Shown here piece by piece: positions 10,715-19,898 of a stretch of 64,000 nucleotides of DNA. The notes under the pieces were generated by a model, which did no database searches, was not told the DNA's origin, and was given only the letters and a program-made list of their open reading frames with translations. This DNA comes from Deltaproteobacteria bacterium HGW-Deltaproteobacteria-13 (GTDB lineage: Bacteria; Desulfobacterota; Syntrophia; Syntrophales; Smithellaceae), in the NCBI GenBank assembly GCA_002840555.1, contig PHBJ01000009.1, forward strand, positions 108,026 through 172,025, read 5' to 3'. The translations under genes and the position numbers were made by a program. The number at the start of each line of letters is the position of its first letter. The first letter of the stretch is position 1.

Positions 10715-11866
10715 ATGAAAGTCAGAGAAGAGTTCCTTCCCTTTAGCCGTCCCTCGATCGGGAAGAATGAAATAAATAAAGTAACGGCCTGCCTGAAATC
10801 AGGCTGGATTACGACAGGCGCGCTTTGTAAGGAATTTGAAGATGAATTCTGTCATCTGACCGGTTCTCAGCAGGCGATATCTCTCAATTCCGCTACGGCC
10901 GGAATGCATATAACGCTGTCCGCGCTTAATATCGGTCCCGGGGATGAAATCATCACGCCGTCAATGACGTTTGCCTCTACGGTCAATATGATTGTTCTGC
11001 GCGGCGCGACGCCGGTATTTGTTGATATCGATTATAGTACGCTCAATATTAATCCGGATTTGATCGAGGAAAAAATATCAAAAAAAACGAAGGCGATTAT
11101 TCCCGTTCATTTCGCGGGCGCTCCCGCGGATATGGACAAAATCAATAATCTGGCGCAAAAGTATAATCTGACCGTCATTGAAGATGCCGCTCACGCCGTG
11201 GGAACCTATTATAAAGGAATTCATGCCGGAGGTTTCGGCCATCCGGCTATATTTTCTTTTCACCCGATTAAAAATATTACCACCGGTGAAGGCGGAATGA
11301 TCACTTTAAGCAATGCCGCTTTGGAAAAAAAGCTGCGGTTGTTGAGGTTCCATGGAATTGAAAGGGACGCCTGGAAAAGATACGGCAAGGGCGGCAATCC
11401 GGCGTATGATATAGCCGAGCCCGGTTATAAATATAATATGCCGGATATTCTGGCGGCGCTGGGTTTGGCGCAGATGGAGCGCTGGCAGGAATTTAATTTG
11501 CGGCGCTCAACGCTGGCCCAATTTTATCTGGAAGGGCTCAAAGGCATTTCCGGTATTGATTTGCCTGCCTTTCCGGAATATGATCACATCCACGCGTGGC
11601 ATCTTTTCGTGATTAAAATACGGGCTCTGAATCGGGAGGAATTCATGAACAGATTATCGGATTACAATATCGGATACGGTCTGCATTTCCCTCCGACTCA
11701 TACGTTGAGCTATGTAAAAGAAAAATACGCAGGAAAGACGGGCCCGCTTCAGGAAACCGAACGCGCGGCGGATAAAATAATTTCACTGCCTTTGTTTCCG
11801 GATATGCGGGAAACGGACGTGGCGTATGTCTGTAAAGCAATAAAGGAGATTATAAAACATGGATAA
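10715..11866 (+). CDS. arnB: UDP-4-amino-4-deoxy-L-arabinose--oxoglutarate aminotransferase (DegT/DnrJ/EryC1 family)
   Basis: 383-aa ORF. The N-terminus FLPFSRPSIG...SGWITTG and the PLP-aminotransferase fold support the call, as does its position in the arn cluster. Confidence 0.85.
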   Translation: MKVREEFLPFSRPSIGKNEINKVTACLKSGWITTGALCKEFEDEFCHLTGSQQAISLNSATAGMHITLSALNIGPGDEIITPSMTFASTVNMIVLRGATPVFVDIDYSTLNINPDLIEEKISKKTKAIIPVHFAGAPADMDKINNLAQKYNLTVIEDAAHAVGTYYKGIHAGGFGHPAIFSFHPIKNITTGEGGMITLSNAALEKKLRLLRFHGIERDAWKRYGKGGNPAYDIAEPGYKYNMPDILAALGLAQMERWQEFNLRRSTLAQFYLEGLKGISGIDLPAFPEYDHIHAWHLFVIKIRALNREEFMNRLSDYNIGYGLHFPPTHTLSYVKEKYAGKTGPLQETERAADKIISLPLFPDMRETDVAYVCKAIKEIIKHG

Positions 11867-12800
11867 CGTGCAGGTCGCAGTAGTCATCCCCGTTTATAAT
11901 GAAGAAGAAAATTTACCGGCTTTGATGAAGCGTCTTATGCCGGTCATGCAGGGTTTGCAAAAAAGCTTCGAGATCATACTCATCGATGACGGCAGTCATG
12001 ATCAATCGCTGGAAATTCTCAAGGGCTTTACCGGGAATTCTCAGGTAAAGGTTGTCGAACTCACCCGAAATTACGGGCAGCACGCGGCCATCATGGCCGG
12101 TTTTACCATTACCCGGGCCGATATCATCATTACAATGGATGCCGATCTGCAAAATCCTCCCGAAGAAATACCGAAACTGGTTAAGGTTATGGAAGAAGGC
12201 CATTATGATGTTGTCGGCTCCATAAGAAAAGGGCGTAAAGATTCCTTCCTGCGTATTCTCCCCTCAAAAATAATTAATATCGTTGCCAGAAAAATTACGG
12301 GAGTCAGTATGCGGGACTGGGGATGCATGTTGCGGGCATACCGCCGTTCCGTTGTTGACCGCATGATTCAATGCCATGAGCACGCTACTTTCATTCCCGC
12401 GCTGGCGACAGTCTTTGCCAAACGAATCACGGAAATTGAAGTGAATCATGAAGAACGTTATGGCGGCAAATCCAGTTATCCTTTGACCAAGCTGATCAAT
12501 CTTCAATTTGATCTGGTGGCGTCGTTCTCTGATTTCCCGATGAAGCTGATCATGTATGGCGGAATCCTGATGTCTTTTCTGGGGATCTGTTTCGGTATCT
12601 TTCTGGCCATAGCCCGGCTGGTCTACGGCGCTCAATGGGCGGCGGAAGGAATATTCACACTGTTTGCCATATTGTTTGTGTTTGTCGGTCTCCAGTTTTT
12701 TGCTCTCGGAGTGATCGGTGAATATATCGGCCGTATTTATGTGGAAGCCCGCAAAAGGCCGGAATACGTCATTGAGAAAGTTCATGCGAAGACAGATTAA
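11859..12800 (+). CDS. arnC: undecaprenyl-phosphate 4-deoxy-4-formamido-L-arabinose transferase (GT2)
   Basis: 313-aa ORF with GT2 motifs VVIPVYNEE...DDGSHD...DADLQNPPEE and two C-terminal TM helices. Confidence 0.85.
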   Translation: MDNVQVAVVIPVYNEEENLPALMKRLMPVMQGLQKSFEIILIDDGSHDQSLEILKGFTGNSQVKVVELTRNYGQHAAIMAGFTITRADIIITMDADLQNPPEEIPKLVKVMEEGHYDVVGSIRKGRKDSFLRILPSKIINIVARKITGVSMRDWGCMLRAYRRSVVDRMIQCHEHATFIPALATVFAKRITEIEVNHEERYGGKSSYPLTKLINLQFDLVASFSDFPMKLIMYGGILMSFLGICFGIFLAIARLVYGAQWAAEGIFTLFAILFVFVGLQFFALGVIGEYIGRIYVEARKRPEYVIEKVHAKTD

Positions 12801-12840
12801 TTTTACAGACCCAGTTGCGTTCTGAAGGAGAAGTTATAAA

Positions 12841-13761
12841 GTGAAAACGGTTGTATTTGCCTATCACAACATGGGCCTTACGGCTTTGGAGGCCCTGGCA
12901 CGGCATGGTTATGATATAGCGGCTGTGTTCACTCATGAAGACGATCCCGGTGAAAATCAATGGTTCGGTTCGGTAAAAAACTGGGCGGTGCAAAGAAATA
13001 TTCCGACGCATACAACCGAAGAAGTCAATTCGCCTCAATGGGTTGCCAAAATTGCGGCAATCAATCCCGATATCATTATTTCGTGCTACTACAGGAAGAT
13101 GATCAGCCGCCAAATTCTTGATTTGCCGCGGGTTGGGGCTTTTAATTTGCACGGGTCTTTTTTGCCGGCTTACCGGGGAAGGTGTCCTGTCAACTGGGTG
13201 ATCATCAAGGGAGAAAAGAAAACAGGTGTCACCCTGCATTATATGATTGAAAAACCTGATGCGGGAGACATTGTCGGTCAGAAAGCCGTAGAGATAGACC
13301 TGACGGATACTGCGAAAACTTTGTACGATAAGCTCTGTATAGCGGCAAAAGAACTTCTGGATGAACTGCTGCCTTTGATGAAGAAAGGTCAAATACCGCG
13401 GCTGAAGCAGGATTTGAGTCAGGGCAGTTATTATGGCGGAAGACGTCCGGTGGATGGACGCATTGACTGGCAAAAATCGGTCGATGAAATTTATAATTTG
13501 ATCCGTGCCGTTACAGAACCTTATCCCGGCGCTTTTGCCTTGCTGGATAATGATGAAAAAATCATGATCTGGCGGGCCGAAACGGCAGTCTCGTATGAAG
13601 CCTCCATGCCCGGGGAATTAATTATGACGGATAAAGAAATTCTTGTGCAAACGGGCAAAAATGCTATAAAGCTCCTCGATGTTGAAATAAAAGGTAAACG
13701 CTTGAAAGGCGAACAAATTAATAACTATTTTAAAAACGAAAAGGTAAAAGTATTGAAATGA
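12841..13761 (+). CDS. arnA: UDP-L-Ara4N formyltransferase (stand-alone ArnA N-terminal domain)
   Basis: 306-aa ORF with GTG start and AAGGAG RBS. It has the formyltransferase motif HGSFLPAYRGRCPVNWVI. Confidence 0.8.
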   Translation: MKTVVFAYHNMGLTALEALARHGYDIAAVFTHEDDPGENQWFGSVKNWAVQRNIPTHTTEEVNSPQWVAKIAAINPDIIISCYYRKMISRQILDLPRVGAFNLHGSFLPAYRGRCPVNWVIIKGEKKTGVTLHYMIEKPDAGDIVGQKAVEIDLTDTAKTLYDKLCIAAKELLDELLPLMKKGQIPRLKQDLSQGSYYGGRRPVDGRIDWQKSVDEIYNLIRAVTEPYPGAFALLDNDEKIMIWRAETAVSYEASMPGELIMTDKEILVQTGKNAIKLLDVEIKGKRLKGEQINNYFKNEKVKVLK

Positions 13762-14792
13762 AAATATTAATTCTTGGTGTGAACGGATTTATAGGACATC
13801 ATCTGGTCAACAGAATACTGGCGAAAAAGAAGGACTGGATAGTTTACGGTATGGATTTGGGGACGGACCGGCTCGGCAAATCCCTTGATAATCCGCGTTT
13901 TCATTTTATGGAAGGCGATATTGCCATTAACCGGGAATGGATTGAACTGCAGATTAAAAAATGTGATGTCGTCATGCCGCTGGTGGCCATTGCCACTCCG
14001 AAACTTTACGTGGAAGATCCCATTGCCGTTTACAATCTTGATTTTGAGATGAACGTGGATATCATCAAAAAATGCGTCAAATATCATAAACGGGTTGTTT
14101 TTCCTTCAACCTCGGAAGTCTACGGCGCGTGCACGGAGCCCGAATTCAAGGAAGATGAAAGCTTTCTGGTCGTCGGTCCGATCAATAAGGAACGCTGGAT
14201 ATATTCCTGCTGCAAGCAGCTTCTCGATCGCGTAATTTACGGATACGGAACCAGGGGACATCTGGAATTTACGCTGTTCCGGCCGTTCAACTGGATCGGT
14301 CCGAAGCTTGATTCACTCAATACAGCCAAGGAAGGCAGTTCGCGCGTCGTTACGCAATTCATCGCGGAACTGTTTTTGAAGAGACCGATCAATCTTGTCG
14401 ACGGCGGAACGCAGAAACGCTGCTTTACTTATGTTGACGACGGCATCGAAGCGCTGATGAAGATATTGGAAAACAAAAATGATGTTTGTAAAAACCAGAT
14501 TATTAATATCGGTAACCCGGAAAATGAATGTTCGATAAAAGAGCTGGCTGTTATGTTAAAGAAACTGTTTAAGCAGCATCCCGATCATAAAAACGATAAG
14601 ACCTATTCGGAAATAATTGATACGTCGGCGGATACCTTTTACGGCAAGGGTTATCAGGATATTTACACACGCAAACCCAGTATTGAAAAGGCCGGAAAAC
14701 TTCTGAACTGGGAACCGAAAATAGGATTGGAAGAATCCCTGCGGCTGACGCTCAATTCGTTTTTGAAAGAAAACAAAAACGCTAAAATTTAA
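13758..14792 (+). CDS. arnA: UDP-glucuronate oxidative decarboxylase (stand-alone ArnA C-terminal domain, SDR)
   Basis: 344-aa ORF overlapping the formyltransferase gene by ATGA. It has the ILILGVNGFIGHHL NAD-binding motif and the STSEVYG and YxxxK-type SDR signature. Confidence 0.85.
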   Translation: MKILILGVNGFIGHHLVNRILAKKKDWIVYGMDLGTDRLGKSLDNPRFHFMEGDIAINREWIELQIKKCDVVMPLVAIATPKLYVEDPIAVYNLDFEMNVDIIKKCVKYHKRVVFPSTSEVYGACTEPEFKEDESFLVVGPINKERWIYSCCKQLLDRVIYGYGTRGHLEFTLFRPFNWIGPKLDSLNTAKEGSSRVVTQFIAELFLKRPINLVDGGTQKRCFTYVDDGIEALMKILENKNDVCKNQIINIGNPENECSIKELAVMLKKLFKQHPDHKNDKTYSEIIDTSADTFYGKGYQDIYTRKPSIEKAGKLLNWEPKIGLEESLRLTLNSFLKENKNAKI

Positions 14793-14860
14793 TCAGCAAA
14801 TTCCTTCCCGCTAACTCCTCTCCCTTGAGAAGAGATACCGGACGAGGGTGAAAAATCCTT

Positions 14861-15718
14861 ATGCCGATGCTCGGATTAAAAATAGATGTCGATACTTACT
14901 GGGGCATGAAAAACGGCGTGCCGTCTCTTTTAGAAACCTTAAAAAAATTCAATTTAAAAGGGACTTTTTTCCTAAGTATCGGACCGGATAATTCCGGCCG
15001 GGCGGCATTGCAGCTCATTAAAAATCCGCTTTTTTTAAAGAAGATGATGCGGACAAACGCGCCCGCTCTTTACGGCTGGAAAACAGCGCTCTATGGGACT
15101 TTGCTTCCCGCGCCCATGATCGCTCTTTCTTTTCCAGAAATCGTTAAAGAGATCATTGCCGGCGGTCACGAAATCCAATTCCACGCCTGGGATCACCGCC
15201 GCTGGCAGGACGAACTGCCGCGTAAATCCGAAAAATGGATTCGTGAATGGTTTGCCAAAGGCATTGACGGATTTGAGAAATTAACGGGAAAGAAACCAAC
15301 GGCGTTTGGAGCGCCTTCATGGACAATTGATGACCGGGTGCTGACTATAATTAAAGAATACAAATTCGAATATCTGAGCTGTACGCGGGCGAAAGCGCCA
15401 TTCATTCATGAGTCGATCAGTGTTTTGGAAATACCGTCGGATCTGCCTTGCTTTGAAGAAATAGACGCGCAAAAAGAAGTTTCAATAATTGCCGATCTCC
15501 TTAAAGACGGCAAAACACATGTTCTACCGGTCCATGCCGAAGTGGAAGGGGGCATCTTTCAAAATCAATTCAAAGAGCTTTTGGAAACAGCGCTAAACCG
15601 GAACATAGAAATTATACCGCTGAAAGTCATCAAAGATAAACTTGATATAAAGAACCTGCCATCAAGAAAATACAAAATGGAATTACTCCCCGGCCGCCAT
15701 TCGCCTTGTGCCGTATAA
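14861..15718 (+). CDS. arnD: 4-deoxy-4-formamido-L-arabinose-phosphoundecaprenol deformylase (polysaccharide deacetylase family)
   Basis: 285-aa ORF with the N-terminal LGLKIDVDT motif and the HAWDH metal site. It is the last gene of the arn block. Confidence 0.8.
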   Translation: MPMLGLKIDVDTYWGMKNGVPSLLETLKKFNLKGTFFLSIGPDNSGRAALQLIKNPLFLKKMMRTNAPALYGWKTALYGTLLPAPMIALSFPEIVKEIIAGGHEIQFHAWDHRRWQDELPRKSEKWIREWFAKGIDGFEKLTGKKPTAFGAPSWTIDDRVLTIIKEYKFEYLSCTRAKAPFIHESISVLEIPSDLPCFEEIDAQKEVSIIADLLKDGKTHVLPVHAEVEGGIFQNQFKELLETALNRNIEIIPLKVIKDKLDIKNLPSRKYKMELLPGRHSPCAV

Positions 15719-15739
15719 AGAATTTGTGATTACTCATCT

Positions 15740-15802
15740 GTCATTCCCGCGAAGGCGGGAATCCAGGAAAAAAAACTGGATACCGGCCTGCGCCGGTATG
15801 AC
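15740..15802. repeat. compound palindromic (three-hairpin) REP-like element between convergent genes
   Basis: An outer stem gtcat/atgac encloses three perfect hairpins: tcccgc-gaag-gcggga, atccag-gaaaaaaaa-ctggat and accggc-ctgc-gccggt. Its translation gives the SFPRRRES...IPACAGMT peptide, a recurrent artefact ORF of this widespread repeat family. Confidence 0.7.
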
Positions 15803-15859
15803 GGCTTTGATAGTTATTCCTGATATGACAACACAGTCTCGGAAGCCGGAATCCGGTCA

Positions 15860-16141
15860 TTATTTCTTAAATAATCCTTCCAGCTTGTCTTTCGTTCCCG
15901 AATCGGCCGAGTCGGAAGATTTTCCTGTTTGATTGAATTTAAAAAAATCACAAAAATTGGAGCGGGCTTTATCCAGTACACGTTCTGCCTGAGGTTCGCG
16001 GCAGTCGTTATATGCGCCTAAGTCATAGAAAGAGCAATTAAGACAGCAATGCAAATCAGCTCCGCAGGAAGGGCATTGCGCCTGCCGTCCGACAAAAAAA
16101 TCATCCGCGATTTCTTTTTTACATTTGTGGCAAACTTTCAT
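15860..16141 (-). CDS. Cys-rich zinc-ribbon protein of unknown function
   Basis: 93-aa ORF with CxxC...CxxC...CCxxC...C spacing (CHKC, CPSC, CCLNC). Confidence 0.55.
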   Translation of the reverse strand: MKVCHKCKKEIADDFFVGRQAQCPSCGADLHCCLNCSFYDLGAYNDCREPQAERVLDKARSNFCDFFKFNQTGKSSDSADSGTKDKLEGLFKK

Positions 16142-16211
16142 TTATCATTTGATCTTACAGAACCTGAGATTAAATTCGAAATAAAAGGAACCAACCGCCT
16201 TTGGAGGTGGA

Positions 16212-16577
16212 TTACTTCTGATTTGCGAGGTAATCTTTTCCTTCTTCAAGAGTCTTACAAAGGATGAGGTTTTTCCTGCCTGTCACGGTTAGAATGCCCC
16301 TGAAAACTATTTCCTTCATGCCATCCACGCCGTATACTGCCGCACACTTGATATAAGGCGCGTTTGCTTTCATGAAATCTTTCAGGGCGGAAGTGATTGT
16401 CGTGTCAAAACTTGCGTCTTTGACATTGACAAGAGCAAGCACGGAATTCTTAGGCTGACTGGCGATTATTGCTTTGGCCCCTTGAATAAAGGCGAGTATG
16501 TCATCGGCTTTGCTTTGTGAAACATCCTCATAGAGTAACTTGACTCCTTTATGTGTTATAAAACTTATACCCGCCAT
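16212..16577 (-). CDS. hypothetical protein (possibly STAS/SpoIIAA-like fold)
   Basis: 121-aa ORF with GGGAGA upstream. No diagnostic motif was recognised. Confidence 0.5.
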   Translation of the reverse strand: MAGISFITHKGVKLLYEDVSQSKADDILAFIQGAKAIIASQPKNSVLALVNVKDASFDTTITSALKDFMKANAPYIKCAAVYGVDGMKEIVFRGILTVTGRKNLILCKTLEEGKDYLANQK

Positions 16578-16768
16578 TTCCCGTCTCCCCTTTATCCTTT
16601 TATTTTGATATTAACGCATTGCCGGGTGAGTCTTAAATTTCTCAGGGCCTATCCGTATCAGGTCTTTGTTTGAGAAGACAATGCTTTTATGTTTTTTAAA
16701 TATAGGGAAGTTTCTTATGTATGTCAATTATTTTAAGAGTCAACATTACAAATTGAAACGGTGTATGA

Positions 16769-16990
16769 CCGGCAAAAAATAACATTGCCGGAGATGTTGA
16801 TATTTTCGATATTCGAACTCATAATTACATAATTAAACTCCTGCTGGTTCAATCATTCTGATTGAACCGTTTATTTCCTGCAGTGTTTTTAAACATCGGA
16901 TTCAATCTGCAAGATTGAACCCGCCAACATAACATTACAGCAAGAAGTTGATATTTCAATATTCGAACTTTACAATCATATGATTAAACT
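16769..16990. repeat. intergenic duplicated ~60-bp boxes with three hairpins
   Basis: Box 1 (16779-16840) and box 2 (16929-16990) share aacatt...gttgatatttyc[r]atattcgaact...attaaact. The hairpins are ccggcaa/ttgccgg (16769-16791), ggttcaatc/gattgaacc (16846-16868) and ttcaatc/gattgaa (16901-16919). Box 2 overlaps the stop codon of the DAACS gene. Confidence 0.6.
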
Positions 16991-18225
16991 TCTTTTATCC
17001 AATCCTTCCCACCGAGAATTCTTGCAACCATCATGCTGGAGACGTTGTCGCCGACGGCGTTGAGCATTGTGGCCGGGGCATCCACCAGCGTGCCGATCAT
17101 GGTGATAATCGGAAATACTTCCATCGGAAGTCCATAGAAAGAAATAATCAACAACTCGCCGATGGTTCCGCCCCCGGGAATGCCGCTGACGACCACGCCG
17201 GTTAAAAGGGCGATGCCGACGGCGGTGAGAATTGTTTCCGCTCCGGAAAAAGGCATATTGAATATGCCGAACAGAAAAGCAATTTTCAAAACAGCGGCCA
17301 GGCAGGAGCCTTCCATGTGGATGGTTGCGCCGATGGGAATAATGACTTCGCTGATATCTCTGGGAACGCCGGTTTTATCGGCAGCTTCCAGATTGGCTGG
17401 AATGGTCGCCATGGAGCTGCCGGTGGCCAACGCGACAAGCGATGCCGGAATGATGTTGCGCCAGAACCGTCGCACGCCTTCGCTCCTGGCAGCGATAAAG
17501 GCGTAGAGGGTGAAGGCGATAAAGAAATACAAAATAGCTGTCGGATAATACAGGAACATCGCCCGGGCGTAAGCGCCCAGCAATTCCGGCCCGAAAACGC
17601 CGACCAGATAAGCAAAATAAGCGCAAAGGCCGATGGGAGCGTAATACATGATAAAAGAAATAAGTTTCATCATCACGTCACTTCCCGCGGTCAGAAAGTT
17701 GGCGAATAATTTGCCGCGTTCCCCCGTCGCCGAAGTTGCCAGTCCGGTCAGAATCGCGAAGACAATCAGTGCCAGCATGTTTTTCTTGGACAGTAAATCG
17801 GCGAAATCCGAAACGGTAAATGCTTTTACGATCTGGTCGGAGAGCTTCAGGCGTTCAAAATCGATGCCGTTGCCTAAAGTCACATGAACCCCGACGGCGG
17901 GCGGATAATAGATAACGCCGAGGATCATGACAATTGAGGCAATTAGTCCGGTAGCGACAAAAACGAAAATCATGGCCGACATAATTTTACCGAGGCGGCG
18001 GATGTTGGTCATCCCCGCGACCGCGGATGAAATGGAAAAGAAAACAAGCGGAACGATGACAGTAAAGAGCAGATTCAGAAAAACATCGCCGAAAGGCTTG
18101 AAGATCACAGCATCCTTTTTATAAAAGATGCCAAGAAACGATCCGATGATAATTGCAATGATCAGGATAATCGAAAAGCCATATGATTTTAAAAAAGAGG
18201 GCGGTGTTATTTTCATGTTTCTCAC
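16984..18225 (-). CDS. dicarboxylate/amino acid:cation symporter (DAACS family)
   Basis: 413-aa polytopic ORF with the typical DAACS reentrant-loop region (...GSSMATIPANL..., ...IGATIHMEGS..., ...VGDNVSS...). It overlaps the upstream dipeptidase gene by 4 bp. Confidence 0.85.
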   Translation of the reverse strand: MRNMKITPPSFLKSYGFSIILIIAIIIGSFLGIFYKKDAVIFKPFGDVFLNLLFTVIVPLVFFSISSAVAGMTNIRRLGKIMSAMIFVFVATGLIASIVMILGVIYYPPAVGVHVTLGNGIDFERLKLSDQIVKAFTVSDFADLLSKKNMLALIVFAILTGLATSATGERGKLFANFLTAGSDVMMKLISFIMYYAPIGLCAYFAYLVGVFGPELLGAYARAMFLYYPTAILYFFIAFTLYAFIAARSEGVRRFWRNIIPASLVALATGSSMATIPANLEAADKTGVPRDISEVIIPIGATIHMEGSCLAAVLKIAFLFGIFNMPFSGAETILTAVGIALLTGVVVSGIPGGGTIGELLIISFYGLPMEVFPIITMIGTLVDAPATMLNAVGDNVSSMMVARILGGKDWIKEV

Positions 18226-18989
18226 TCAATTACAAAATCGAAATAAGTATTGGGGTAAGGTTCATTTTTCAGTGTGTAGTGCCACCACTCCTTATCGTAA
18301 TTTTTAAAACCGTGCTTCTCCATCAGTGATTTGAGCAGAAGGCGATTGTTTTTCTGCTGACGGTTTATGCCGGGATTTGCCGTGTGCGACAGTTCATGAA
18401 AGCAATCGAAGCCCGTTCCCATGTCAAGGCTGTTGTCTGAGAACCGTTTTTCCGCCGGCAGATAGCACTCAAATAGTTGCTGGCCGGGGAGATAATCTGC
18501 TTGTTTCGGGGCAGGCAAGGGGACAATGGTCAGATCAACGGTGCTGCCGCGGCTGTGGCCGGACTTGCTGTCGATATAACCGTCCTTGAATAAATTTCTC
18601 TTATCAATGGTCGGATAGAACTCTTTCAGTGTCCTGGTGTTTTCAATTTCTTTTGCCCAGTGGACAAAATGATTAACCGCCCTTTGAGGCCGGTAGCAAT
18701 CGTAAATTTTCAGAGTCAAAGAATAAAGCTCAAGATCTTGTTGGACTCCGGCAAGGGCCTGGGCTGCTTCTTTTGTAAGATAGCACTTGGGAGCAAGATA
18801 GCCGTCGACCTTCTCACCGACAAAATTATGCGGCCCGTAGTAACGTATATCCATCAGGACGCCGGGGATGACTTTTTGAATATCGACAAAATTATCCGGA
18901 ATTTTATCAGTGCCGTCGCAGGGATGAACGATTTGCGGGAAATACAAAGAGATAAGAGCAAAAAGAATGAATAAAAATTTTGATTTCAT
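18222..18989 (-). CDS. D-alanyl-D-alanine dipeptidase, VanX/DdpX family (M15D), with signal peptide
   Basis: 255-aa ORF with an N-terminal hydrophobic signal sequence. Motifs are YDCYRP, SGHSRGSTVDLT and DMGTGFDCFHELSH. Confidence 0.85.
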   Translation of the reverse strand: MKSKFLFILFALISLYFPQIVHPCDGTDKIPDNFVDIQKVIPGVLMDIRYYGPHNFVGEKVDGYLAPKCYLTKEAAQALAGVQQDLELYSLTLKIYDCYRPQRAVNHFVHWAKEIENTRTLKEFYPTIDKRNLFKDGYIDSKSGHSRGSTVDLTIVPLPAPKQADYLPGQQLFECYLPAEKRFSDNSLDMGTGFDCFHELSHTANPGINRQQKNNRLLLKSLMEKHGFKNYDKEWWHYTLKNEPYPNTYFDFVIE

Positions 18990-19003
18990 ATATCAGCCTC
19001 CGT

Positions 19004-19732
19004 CTAATTTTTGATGCCCGTTATGATGAGCGGCGACGCCGCAGGATCAAGCCAATTGAGAATTTTAAGAATATTTTCTTCAGAAACCGCCACGCAGCCT
19101 GCTGTCGGGATGCCTTCGCATTTCCATATATGTAAAAAAATGGCACTGCCGTTTCCCTTGATGACAGGGGCGGTGTTATACTCAATGACAATTCCATATT
19201 TATAGAGGTTGTCATCACGTTTCATTATTTCGTACGACGATGCGCTTGTTTCCTGTTTTTTTACCCAGCGGTTGTAATCATCAGCGCCGGGGTCATCGAC
19301 CCAGATATCGTCCGCTGATGCCTGGCGGTAGGGCATTTTTGTTTCTATAACCGCATTATAACCAAAGGTCGTTTCCAGAGGATAGATTCCGGAAGGTGTT
19401 TTGCCGTCGCCTTCTTTTTTTTCTCCTTCCTGCGCAAAACCGTTTCTCCCGATTACGGCATCGAAGGGTTCAAAAACAGTCTGCCAGTTGTCTTTGCGCT
19501 TTTCCATCGCGTAAAGCGTTGTTCTGGTAAAGAAAAATAAACTATTGTCCACGGCTAAAAGAATCTGGGTGGATTTGCCAATTTTATTTTCCTGTGATTT
19601 TAAAAACGCCGGGGCATCGAAGTTATGAGCCAGAGGAGCAAGAAAACAACCTGTCATTGATAAAAGCCCAAGCAGGATGGAAAATAGCCGGATCATTATG
19701 AAAAATTTCTTTATCTGCATAAAATTATTCAA
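19004..19732 (-). CDS. YkuD-type L,D-transpeptidase family protein (COG3786-like), probable lipoprotein
   Basis: 242-aa ORF with a signal/lipobox-like LLSMTGC and the catalytic region GSAIFLHIW...TAGCVAV. Confidence 0.75.
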   Translation of the reverse strand: MNNFMQIKKFFIMIRLFSILLGLLSMTGCFLAPLAHNFDAPAFLKSQENKIGKSTQILLAVDNSLFFFTRTTLYAMEKRKDNWQTVFEPFDAVIGRNGFAQEGEKKEGDGKTPSGIYPLETTFGYNAVIETKMPYRQASADDIWVDDPGADDYNRWVKKQETSASSYEIMKRDDNLYKYGIVIEYNTAPVIKGNGSAIFLHIWKCEGIPTAGCVAVSEENILKILNWLDPAASPLIITGIKN

Positions 19733-19898
19733 CTCTTTCTATGTCTCGGGCAAACACAATATGGCATTAATGTAAAAAATTCAAGCAATAACGGTAAATC
19801 AAGTTATCCTTGACTTTAATTCTTTTTTCGTGGTAGCTAAGTCAACCTAAAATTGAAAAGTTCGCAAGTCTAAAGTTAAATCTCAAGGGAAAGAATAA

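Noticed and set aside
12264-13473. Minus-strand ORFs of 173 and 234 aa
   Set aside because: They are antisense to arnC and the arnA formyltransferase gene, which have clear family motifs.
15708-15932. 74-aa ORF (MPYKEFVITHLSFPRRRESRKKNWIPACAGMT...)
   Set aside because: It is the read-through translation of the palindromic REP-like element at 15740-15802. This peptide pattern is a known repeat artefact. It has no RBS and overlaps the arnD stop.
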